Program-made: the position numbers and the translations under genes
In this document: piece after piece, positions 56,056 to 64,000 of the stretch
How positions within the stretch are numbered: the stretch's first letter is position 1
How the letters are laid out: each line of letters opens with the position of its first letter
Notes under the pieces: model-generated
Database searches by the model: none
What the model was told of the DNA's origin: nothing
What the model saw: only the letters and a program-made list of their open reading frames with translations
Source: Planctomycetota bacterium
Lineage (GTDB): Bacteria > Planctomycetota > PLA2 > JAEUHO01
Length of the DNA stretch: 64,000 nucleotides
Reading direction: 5' to 3'
NCBI GenBank assembly: GCA_965223505.1
Contig: CBDCWP010000021.1
Span: 160,001 to 224,000 of the forward strand

Positions 56056-56406
56056 CTTCATCACGAGCAACACCGCCAGTACCACGAGGATCCCCGCGAA
56101 CATGCGGCGGATCCAAAGCGGATCCAGCTTCGCCGCCAGATTCGAACCGAGATACGCGCCTACGACCGCCCCCACGGCGATCAGACCCGCCATGCGCCAA
56201 TCCACGTGGCCGTGGCTCGCGCGACCCCACAACGCCATCAACATCGCCGGCACGATGATCGCCACCGACGTCCCCGTCGCGATCTTGTCCGGCGTGTCCT
56301 TGAGCAAGATGAGCGCCGGCACGATCAGGAAGCCGCCGCCCAGCCCGAGAATGCTCCCGAGGACCCCGGCCGCGAGGCCCAGCACGATCAGCAGTGCAAG
56401 TTCCAT
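56050..56406 (-). CDS. half-size TauE/SafE (TSUP) transporter
   Basis: GLGGGFLIVPAL, ATGTS, VDW, GAYLG; 118 aa. Confidence 0.85.
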   Translation of the reverse strand: MELALLIVLGLAAGVLGSILGLGGGFLIVPALILLKDTPDKIATGTSVAIIVPAMLMALWGRASHGHVDWRMAGLIAVGAVVGAYLGSNLAAKLDPLWIRRMFAGILVVLAVLLVMKK

Positions 56407-56420
56407 GGTGTCTCCCGCAC

Positions 56421-57440
56421 CTAGTGAGTTCCGTTGCCCATGAGCTCGGTCAGCAGCGCGGCCAGTTCGTCGCGCGTGTACGGCTTGGGCAAGACGCCGC
56501 AGAAACCGTGCTTGCGGTAGTTCGCGAGCACCTCGTCGTTCGCGTACCCGCTCGAGACGACGTCGCGCACGTCGCCGGACATCAGCCGATGACGAGCCGG
56601 CATGGGACGCCCGTCCTCGCGGGGCTCCTCCTCGACGTCGGACTTCGGACGAACGACGAAGTCCGAGAGGCGCTTCGACGTGAGTACGCTTCGTTCCGCG
56701 CCGTAGAAGTCGCACGCGGCTCGATTGGCGTCGACGATGCGGCGCGTGCCGGGATGAACGACGAGCTGGATCGTGCTGTTCTTCTCGAACATGTTGCGAT
56801 AACGCTCTTCGCTCTCGCGCAATGCGTGGCTCGAGACCAGCAACAACGCGTGGTTTCGCCGGCCCCGAAGCACGAGCACCACGCCTGCGCCGGCCGCGAG
56901 GATCGACAGAACGGCCGCCGCGACGAGGCGCAGCTCCGCGCTTTGCAGGGCCCGGGCGTGCGCTGTCACCTCCGACGTCACGTCGTCGAGCACAAGCCCG
57001 AGGTTGGCGGCGACCTGCGCGGCGGGCGTGGCGGGGAGCGTCGGATGTGCGTCCTCTTCGTCGTCGAGCAGCTCGAGCGAATCCGCCAGCGCGGGCGTCG
57101 CGCGCCCCCAATCGCGGACGGCCGGACGATTCAACGCATCCTCGAACGGAACCGTCCGATACAGCTCGGTGTCGCGCAGCTCTCGCCGGGCGTGCTCGGG
57201 GATCCGCTCGAGAAACGCCTCCCGCGAGGCCGCGTCTTCGGCCTCGAGCGCGGCGCTTGCGGACATCGCGTCGTGGCTCGCGACGGTCGAGAGGATCAGG
57301 TGCGTCGTCCAACCGGCCAACAGCAGCCACGCGCCGGCCAGGACCCACACCCACACCGAACGCCGAGCGAGGTCCGGCGCCGTGTACGCCGGAGCAGGTG
57401 TGTCCGTTCGTTGCGGATCCGAGGAGGGCACGACGACCAT
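56421..57440 (-). CDS. 2-TM PAS sensor fused to a C-terminal half receiver domain; hybrid kinase deletion derivative, possibly a pseudogene
   Basis: LRESEERYR, DANRAACDFYG, then VVSSGY...LPKPYT. Confidence 0.7.
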   Translation of the reverse strand: MVVVPSSDPQRTDTPAPAYTAPDLARRSVWVWVLAGAWLLLAGWTTHLILSTVASHDAMSASAALEAEDAASREAFLERIPEHARRELRDTELYRTVPFEDALNRPAVRDWGRATPALADSLELLDDEEDAHPTLPATPAAQVAANLGLVLDDVTSEVTAHARALQSAELRLVAAAVLSILAAGAGVVLVLRGRRNHALLLVSSHALRESEERYRNMFEKNSTIQLVVHPGTRRIVDANRAACDFYGAERSVLTSKRLSDFVVRPKSDVEEEPREDGRPMPARHRLMSGDVRDVVSSGYANDEVLANYRKHGFCGVLPKPYTRDELAALLTELMGNGTH

Positions 57441-57646
57441 CCGTGATACCGGACCTTGGTCGGCTGCGAAGCTCCGAATTCGCGCGCACCCCGCACGCCG
57501 CCGGGAAGATCCGCACGGGCGCCGCGGTCCAAACTGCACCCGGAGGTATGCTACCGGGGTCGACCCCGTACCGGCTGGGATCGAAAGAACCACGAGGCGA
57601 ATCGGAGGCAGGGGGCCTTCGCGCGCTTCGTTTCTGGAGAGTCGAG

Positions 57647-58702
57647 ATGGGGTTGCGAGTTCTGTTGCGCGGTACGGCCGCGGGTCTCTTCGCTGCGTTG
57701 CTGCTGGGTGTCGGTTCCGAGGCGCGCGCGGATCACACGAGTCACCAGCCCGGCGCCTGGCGCGGCGCCGTGCCGCGAAGCCACGGGCACGCGCGGGGCC
57801 GCTTTCATCGAAGCCGTCCGTACACCGGACGTTACCGGCACCGCATTCCGAGCCGCTTCGACCGTGCGGACTGCGAGCGCGCGGGCTATCCCGTGCACAC
57901 CGGATGCGGGTGCACGCCGCGCTACGCCGGCGGATCGCCCTGGTACGTCCTGCGGCGCTACCTGTCGTCCGGTCACGCGATTCGCGAGTTCTACGTGCGC
58001 AACTACTTCCTGCGGCGCTACCCGTACGTGTTCGCCGACGGCGAGACGCGGCCGGGCGTGACCGACGACGAAGAGAGCGAGGTGAAGTTGCTCGGCGAGG
58101 GCAAGGCGCCCCACGAGCTGACCGAGCGCGAGCGCCTGAACCTGGGCATGCGTAGCTTCCTGATCGGCCGCTACACCGAGTCGCGCGAGCACTTCGATGC
58201 GGTTCTCGCCAAGGAGCCGAAGCACGCCATCGCGAACTACGGCCGCTTGATGACCTCCGTCGGCAAGAACGACTGGAAGAACGCGTCGGCGGCGCTCGCC
58301 AAGCTGGCGGAGATCGGTGAGCTGACGAAGGACGACAAGCTCGTGGTGGACGGCGTGTTCGGCGACCCCAAGAAGCTGGATGCGATCATGAGCGGCCTGA
58401 AGGCGTTCACGCGCTGGTCGCCGAACGACGGGCGCGCGCATGTGGTGGGCGCGTGGATGTACGGCGCGCGCGGCAACGCGGATCGGGCGGCGTTCCATCT
58501 GAAGAAGGCGCTCCGTTGGCACCCTAGCCATCCGGCGATCAAGATCCTGCAAGGCGACGCGACGGACGAGAAGCCGGCACAGCCCGAGGGGGAGCCGACG
58601 GTCGCGCCGAAGGAGACGCCGCCGACGGCGGCGCCGAGCGAGAATCGGGCGATTGCGAAGGCCGAAGACAAGAAGGCGACGGTCATCGCGAAGAAGGACT
58701 GA
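57647..58702 (+). CDS. exported TPR-like protein
   Basis: signal peptide (EARA-D); His/Arg/Tyr-rich segment; TPR-like helices. Confidence 0.65.
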   Translation: MGLRVLLRGTAAGLFAALLLGVGSEARADHTSHQPGAWRGAVPRSHGHARGRFHRSRPYTGRYRHRIPSRFDRADCERAGYPVHTGCGCTPRYAGGSPWYVLRRYLSSGHAIREFYVRNYFLRRYPYVFADGETRPGVTDDEESEVKLLGEGKAPHELTERERLNLGMRSFLIGRYTESREHFDAVLAKEPKHAIANYGRLMTSVGKNDWKNASAALAKLAEIGELTKDDKLVVDGVFGDPKKLDAIMSGLKAFTRWSPNDGRAHVVGAWMYGARGNADRAAFHLKKALRWHPSHPAIKILQGDATDEKPAQPEGEPTVAPKETPPTAAPSENRAIAKAEDKKATVIAKKD

Positions 58703-58960
58703 GAGCGGAGCGCGGGATCGAGCGAGAGACGGAAGGCGGCGCGCGCGGTCGTCATCCACCTGGTTGCGGGTAGCGGGTCCGTGAGCGGCGAGCGGCGAGC
58801 GGCGATGCTCGTTGTATGGGCGCATGACCCGCAGGCGACGGTCTCCGCTCCCTCTCCCGCTCCTGCTCCCGCTACGCCAGTGCGAAGCCTTCTTCCGCGT
58901 GGCTCTCTGTGGGCGACGTTCATATCGCCCGAACGCGCCCGAGCCACTACCCTCCCCCTG

Positions 58961-60256
58961 ATGTCCCGGGCCGATCGCCGCCACGCCGTCGCCTTCCTCG
59001 CGCTCTACCTGCTGATCTGCGTCTCCGCCGCGATCACCGTCGCGCGCCGCGCGGAGCGGGGCCAGGGCGCGTACCCGCGTTGGGTCGCGCACACCGAGAT
59101 GCTGCGCGCCGGCGAAAGTCCCTACCGCCGCAGCACCGACCCGACGGGCCTCGACGAAGGCCACCCCAACCCGCCCATGGGCATGCTGCTGCTGATGCCC
59201 TTCCACGCGCTGCCCGCCGCCGCCGGATCGGTCGCCTGGTGCGTCTTCAAGGGTCTGATCGCCGGGCTCGTCTTCCTGCTCGTGCTGCGTTCGACCCACC
59301 CGCCGTGGCCGGCGTTCGCGCCGTGGCTGCTCCTGCTCCTGAGCGCGCAGGTCATTCACCTCGACCTGACCCACAGCAACATCAACCTCGTCGTCGGCGG
59401 ACTCATCGTGGCCGGGGTGTTCGCCGGCATGCGCGACCGGGACTTCCTGTCCGGCCTGGCCATCGGTCTCGCCGGCGTGCTCAAGGTGACGCCCTTCCTC
59501 TTCGCCCCGTACTTCGCCTACAAGCGACGCTGGAAAGCGTGCGCGGGCGTGCTCACGGCCGTCGCCCTGTTCGCCTTGCTGGTTCCCGGCTTGTTCCTCG
59601 GATTCGACCGCAACATGGACCTGCTTCGCGGGTGGTACGACCAGATGATCGGCCCCTTCCTCGAAGGCAAGGACGTGGGCTACATGCAGACCGGTCACAT
59701 GAATCAGTCCCTGACCGGCGTCCTGCACCGGCTGCTCGATGACACCGTCGCCTTCTGGGCGCAGCCGCAGAACGGCATCGAAGAGCTGCGCGTGAACGTC
59801 CTGTCGCTCGGAACGACGACGGTCGCTTGGATCGTGCGCGCGCTCTCCTTGCTCGTGCTGGGCGTCGTCGCGTGGTCGTGCCGCGCGCCGGAAGACGACC
59901 GCGAGCACGTCGGGCACCTCGGCGAGGCCGCGCTCGTATTTCTCGCGATGCTGTTTCTGTCGGAGCGCTCCTGGCGCACGCACTACGTCCTGCTGATCCT
60001 GCCGCACGCGTTCCTGCTGTACGCCGTCACGCGGCTCCAGCTCTCGTCGGCCGCGACGCGAACGGCGGCCGTCGCGCTGGGTGTGAGCGCGCTGTGCCAC
60101 CACGGTCTGTTCGACGAGCTGTTCGGCGACGCCTTCGGCCGGCTCGCGGAGAGCTACGGGGTGTTCTTCTTGGGCGGCGCGGTGCTGTTCGGCGCCTGCG
60201 TGCTGGTGATGCGCCGCATCGGCAACGCGGGCCGTGTCCCCGGCGGCGCGTCGTGA
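58961..60256 (+). CDS. glycosyltransferase family 87 (GT-C, DUF2029)
   Basis: HPNPP, NIN, LKVTP, NQSL, WRTHY; multi-TM. Confidence 0.8.
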   Translation: MSRADRRHAVAFLALYLLICVSAAITVARRAERGQGAYPRWVAHTEMLRAGESPYRRSTDPTGLDEGHPNPPMGMLLLMPFHALPAAAGSVAWCVFKGLIAGLVFLLVLRSTHPPWPAFAPWLLLLLSAQVIHLDLTHSNINLVVGGLIVAGVFAGMRDRDFLSGLAIGLAGVLKVTPFLFAPYFAYKRRWKACAGVLTAVALFALLVPGLFLGFDRNMDLLRGWYDQMIGPFLEGKDVGYMQTGHMNQSLTGVLHRLLDDTVAFWAQPQNGIEELRVNVLSLGTTTVAWIVRALSLLVLGVVAWSCRAPEDDREHVGHLGEAALVFLAMLFLSERSWRTHYVLLILPHAFLLYAVTRLQLSSAATRTAAVALGVSALCHHGLFDELFGDAFGRLAESYGVFFLGGAVLFGACVLVMRRIGNAGRVPGGAS

Positions 60257-60804
60257 GCTACTACGCCCCCTTCGACCCGGACGGAGGGAGCGACCTGCCG
60301 GCCTTCGATGCCGGCAAGCTGCGTCCTGCGACCGTCGACGACGCTGCGGGGGTTGCCCGGCTGATCGCCGACCGGCACGGCGCGGACTACGACGAAGCAC
60401 TGGCACGCACGACCCGGGAGCTCGAGACGACCGTCGCGGAGCCCGACCGGTATCTGATGCTGGTGGCGGAGGAAGGCGGCGAGATCGTCGGCTTCGGGCG
60501 CGCGCGCTTCGAAGAGGCCGGCCGCGACAACGAGAAGGCGCCTCGCGGCTGGTACCTGATGGGCGTCGTCGTGACGCCGCGCCACCATCGTCGCGGCATC
60601 GGGCACGCGCTGACGCAGGGACGGCTCGACTGGATCGCCCAGCGCGCCGGCGGAGCCTACTACTTCGCGAACCGCGAGAATCGAACGTCGATCGCCCTCC
60701 ACGACGCGTTCGGGTTCGTGGTACACACGCGCAACTTCGGGTACACGCGCGCCGACCTCTCCGACGAAGACGGCGTTCTCTACAAGGTCGACCTACGCGC
60801 ATGA
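60253..60804 (+). CDS. GNAT N-acetyltransferase
   Basis: VTPRHHRRGIG, NRTSIALHDAFGF. Confidence 0.88.
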   Translation: MSYYAPFDPDGGSDLPAFDAGKLRPATVDDAAGVARLIADRHGADYDEALARTTRELETTVAEPDRYLMLVAEEGGEIVGFGRARFEEAGRDNEKAPRGWYLMGVVVTPRHHRRGIGHALTQGRLDWIAQRAGGAYYFANRENRTSIALHDAFGFVVHTRNFGYTRADLSDEDGVLYKVDLRA

Positions 60805-61535
60805 CACTCCTCCGGTCCGCATCCGAGCTCGCGACGCTGCGCCATCACGAGCGCAGGCTGCTCGCGGTGTTTGCGCATCCGGACGACGAAGCCTACGGAT
60901 GCGCGGGCGTCATGGCCCGCGCCGCGGCCGATCCCGACACCGCCGTGGTGCTGCTGTGCCTGACGCACGGCGAAGCGTCGAGCTTGTTTCCCGAGCTCTC
61001 CCCCGCAGAGATCGGAACCCTGCGCGAAGAACGACTGCGGCAGGTCGCGGAGATCTTGAAGCTCGACGGGCTCGTCGTCGCGTCACTGCCCGACAGCCGC
61101 CTGGCGCGTCTGCCGGTGGACGAGCTCGCGCAGCCGGTCGTGGACGCGCTCGAAGCGTTCGACCCGCAGGTCGTCATCGCCCACGACCCGAAGGGCGTCA
61201 ACGGACACGCGGATCACATCGCCAGCCACTGGGCGGTGCGCTTCGCGACGCGCGAGCGCCCGCAGACACGGGTTGCGATGGTTGCGTACCCGGAGGCCAT
61301 CAGCGAGGCCGCGAAGCCTCGGCTCCTGTTCCCGACCCCGGACGCGGAGATCGACGTCGTCGTCGAGCTGTCGGAGGCCGAGATCGATGCGAAGGAGGCG
61401 TGCCTGCGCGCTCACGACGCGCTCGTCACCCTGCGCCCCGACGGACCGGGCCGCTACCTCGCCCGTCCACCCCGCGAGCACTTCGACTGGCTCGACGGGG
61501 ACTGCACGCCGCCCGCCGCCGGTCTCTTCGGGTAA
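60801..61535 (+). CDS. PIG-L/LmbE family deacetylase
   Basis: AHPDDE, THGE, GHADH. Confidence 0.9.
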   Translation: MTLLRSASELATLRHHERRLLAVFAHPDDEAYGCAGVMARAAADPDTAVVLLCLTHGEASSLFPELSPAEIGTLREERLRQVAEILKLDGLVVASLPDSRLARLPVDELAQPVVDALEAFDPQVVIAHDPKGVNGHADHIASHWAVRFATRERPQTRVAMVAYPEAISEAAKPRLLFPTPDAEIDVVVELSEAEIDAKEACLRAHDALVTLRPDGPGRYLARPPREHFDWLDGDCTPPAAGLFG

Positions 61536-61676
61536 ACGCGGGCCGGATTCCGCGGTTCGAGAACTGCCCCTTGGCGACGAAAGGCCCGATCCCGTATCCT
61601 TCCGGGCCGGACGTAAGGCGTGGAGGGAGCGTCGTTTCCGGACGGCCCCTGCGTGCCCGCACCGAGGGAGTGACGC

Positions 61677-63392
61677 ATGCGTGCAACGTTGATCGCACTG
61701 GGTTGGGCAGGGCTGGTTGTGTTGGCCGCATGCGGCGGCAGCAGCGGCGGCGGCGGCGGCGCGGTCGTCATCGGGCCGGTCAAGATCTTCACGACCGCCG
61801 AGCTGGAGCCGAACGACGTGATCGGCGACGCGACGCCCCTTCCGTTCGGCACGGCGGGCGTGGGCGACCTGCCGTTCCTCAACGAGATCGACTACTGGAC
61901 CTTCAACGCGACGCAGGACCAGGTCATCTGCATCGAGATCTTCGCGATCCGCCTCGACCAGGACGGCTGGGACGCGGGCGGGAACGCGCCGCATCTGACA
62001 CTGCTCGGCCCCCCCGGCGGCGCGACCGTGGAGCTGGACGTCAATCCGCTCAGCCTCATCGGCTCGCGCCTCGACGCCGACATCTCCTGCTTCCGGATTC
62101 CGGTGACAGGCACCTACTACGTGTGCGTCCAAGCGAACGATCCCGCGTTCGCCAGCGGTCGCTACGCGGTTCTCGTGCGGGAGGTCCCCGGGCACGACGA
62201 CCTCCAGAAGGAAGCCGAAGGCGAGCTCGTCACCGGCCTGAACGACACCCCCGGAACGGCGGAGGCCATCGAGCCCGGCGTGATTTGCGGGTTCTACGTC
62301 AACGACGAGCTCGATTACTACTCGTTCCAGATCACGGAGCCGTCGATCGTCAGCTTCGAGATGTGCTCGTTCCGCAACGGGACCTGGCACAACCTGCCGC
62401 TCCACGACGGCGGCCTGGTCTTGTACGACACGGACGGCGTCACCCAGCTCGCGCAGGACGCCGAGTGGTTCGGGTTTGACCCGGCGATCCAGTACAAGTT
62501 CGAGAACCCGGGTACGTACTACATCGCCGTCGACGAGTTCTTCTTCAACAACGGCAGCGCGCCGTACTTCCTGTACTTCGAGCTCAACGACCACGGTAGC
62601 GGACTCTTCGATTCCGAGCCCAACAACGTCGCCGGCAACGGGAATCTGATCGCCTACGACGACGTCGTTGCCGGACAGACCGGCGGCGCGGACGACGACT
62701 GGTTCAAGTTCGTCGGCAACGCGGGCGACATGCTCGAGCTCACCGGCTTCACGCAGGGCCTCGGGCACCAGACGGCCACGGGCACGGTCAGCTTCACGAT
62801 CGTCGCGCCCGACGGCACGACGGTGCTCCCCAGCTCCTTTTCCAACGACGGATTCGCCACGATCCGGACGATCCTCCGTGCGAACGGGACGCACTACGTT
62901 CGCGTCGCGCACGACGCCGGCAACCCGACGCCGTACTGTTTCTGCGTGGAGGCGGTCAAGCGGGGCACCGAGGAGACCGAGCCCAACACGCCCATCATCG
63001 AAGCCGAGGATCTCAGCACGTATCCCGACCGCTGCGGCGCGGGATCGATCGCCGCGGGCGACACGGACATCTACCGGGTCGAGACCGAGGTCAACGAGCT
63101 CGTCTGCATCGACATCTACTGCGGTAACGGCCCCTCCTTCCCGTGGGCCCATTTCAACAGCGATGGCTGGGGCGCGACCCTGCAGCCGCAGGTCGAGGTC
63201 GGCAACCTGCTGCCGCCCTGGTTCTTGACCGACACGACCTTCAACACACGGGCCTGGGGCAGCAAGGCCGGCCTACCGACCATGACGGTGTGTTTCATCG
63301 CGCCGGGCGGCGGATCGGCCATCGTCAAGGTCTCGCGGGAACCCTCCGGCGTGATCCAGCCGACCGACTACTACGTGATCCAGCAGCGGTAG
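61677..63392 (+). CDS. lipoprotein with repeated PPC-like modules
   Basis: LAAC lipobox + Gly linker; ELEPND, DSEPNN, ETEPNT; D.D(Y/W)(Y/F).F; GTYY. Confidence 0.8.
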   Translation: MRATLIALGWAGLVVLAACGGSSGGGGGAVVIGPVKIFTTAELEPNDVIGDATPLPFGTAGVGDLPFLNEIDYWTFNATQDQVICIEIFAIRLDQDGWDAGGNAPHLTLLGPPGGATVELDVNPLSLIGSRLDADISCFRIPVTGTYYVCVQANDPAFASGRYAVLVREVPGHDDLQKEAEGELVTGLNDTPGTAEAIEPGVICGFYVNDELDYYSFQITEPSIVSFEMCSFRNGTWHNLPLHDGGLVLYDTDGVTQLAQDAEWFGFDPAIQYKFENPGTYYIAVDEFFFNNGSAPYFLYFELNDHGSGLFDSEPNNVAGNGNLIAYDDVVAGQTGGADDDWFKFVGNAGDMLELTGFTQGLGHQTATGTVSFTIVAPDGTTVLPSSFSNDGFATIRTILRANGTHYVRVAHDAGNPTPYCFCVEAVKRGTEETEPNTPIIEAEDLSTYPDRCGAGSIAAGDTDIYRVETEVNELVCIDIYCGNGPSFPWAHFNSDGWGATLQPQVEVGNLLPPWFLTDTTFNTRAWGSKAGLPTMTVCFIAPGGGSAIVKVSREPSGVIQPTDYYVIQQR

Positions 63393-63412
63393 GAACACTC
63401 TCGGGTCCGGAA

Positions 63413-63440
63413 TTGCCCCGCGGCGCGGCCCGGCTACCCT
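63413..63440 (+). promoter_or_regulatory. putative sigma70 promoter of rpsD
   Basis: TTGCCC-N16-TACCCT. Confidence 0.4.
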
Positions 63441-63537
63441 TTGCGGCTCGCTGATGCTCCGGGCGCGCGTGCCCGGAGCCGCCCCGGCCCCACGCCGGAC
63501 CGCGCCCATCGAGGGATTCAGTCGTCGGGAGGACCCC

Positions 63538-64000
63538 ATGGGTCGCTACACCGGACCGAAGGTCAAGAAGAGCAAGCGCGTCCGCGCGCCGATCGCGGAC
63601 ACCACGAAGCACATGAAGGCCGACCTCGATCGAGGCCCCGGCCAGCACGGCATGAGCCGCCGCCGCAAGATGACGATCTACGGCGAGCGCCTGCGCGAGA
63701 AGCAGAAGCTCGCGTTCTTCTATCACGTCGCCGACAAGCAGTTCCGCCGCTACATGGCGGAGGCGTCCAGGGGCAAGGCCAACACGGCCGAGAAGCTCAA
63801 CGAGCTGCTCGAGCGGCGGCTGGACAACGTCGTGCGCCGCGCGGCGTTCGTGCGCACGATCTGGCAGGCGCGCCAGGTGGTCGTTCACGGCCACATCCAG
63901 GTGAACGGCAAAAAGGTCGACCGTCCGTCGTACCGCGTGCGCCCGGGCGACGTCATCACGGTGCGCGAGAAGAGCAAGAAGTCGATGACGGCGATGGCCG
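63538..64000 (+). CDS. rpsD: 30S ribosomal protein S4, 3'-truncated and missing from the ORF track
   Basis: [58 protein letters not shown]. Confidence 0.96.
   Translation, partial: MGRYTGPKVKKSKRVRAPIADTTKHMKADLDRGPGQHGMSRRRKMTIYGERLREKQKLAFFYHVADKQFRRYMAEASRGKANTAEKLNELLERRLDNVVRRAAFVRTIWQARQVVVHGHIQVNGKKVDRPSYRVRPGDVITVREKSKKSMTAMA

Noticed and set aside
58740..58830. Integrase C-terminal remnant (YNEHRR on the minus strand)
   Set aside because: Match too short; lacks the RPH motif; no other IS features
1..64000. Many long overlapping Arg/Ala/Pro-rich ORFs (e.g. 57551..60802, 21159..24005, 25233..27758, 61083..63152)
   Set aside because: Antisense or off-frame shadows of real genes, expected at high GC; no motifs

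Overview
High-GC (roughly 70% by eye), gene-dense bacterial chromosomal window. The gene repertoire (prenyltransferase-repeat protein, DUF1573, PPC-domain and carboxypeptidase-regulatory-domain surface proteins, ECF sigma, stand-alone rpsD) suggests an uncultured Planctomycetota lineage; this is inference. The main feature is a ~19.5 kb, mostly co-oriented redox island (8.9-28.4 kb): moeA-PBP/mobA/moaD, two paralogous unknown proteins, a four-gene porin-multiheme cytochrome cassette (8-heme lipoprotein, 4-heme c554-like protein, beta-barrel, 13-heme lipoprotein; 25 heme motifs), then aldehyde:ferredoxin oxidoreductase, a formate dehydrogenase alpha subunit with no beta subunit, tupABC, and a convergent hemH. 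Other observations: a lipoprotein / Nal1-like trypsin protease / lipoprotein operon, a hybrid kinase with its kinase core apparently deleted, GTAG-type REP elements that supply stop codons, recurrent leaderless-type starts, a twice-frameshifted surface protein gene and a Cys-free rpsD at the right edge. No rRNA, tRNA, CRISPR array or transposase was seen. All calls come from reading motifs by eye; no searches were run.
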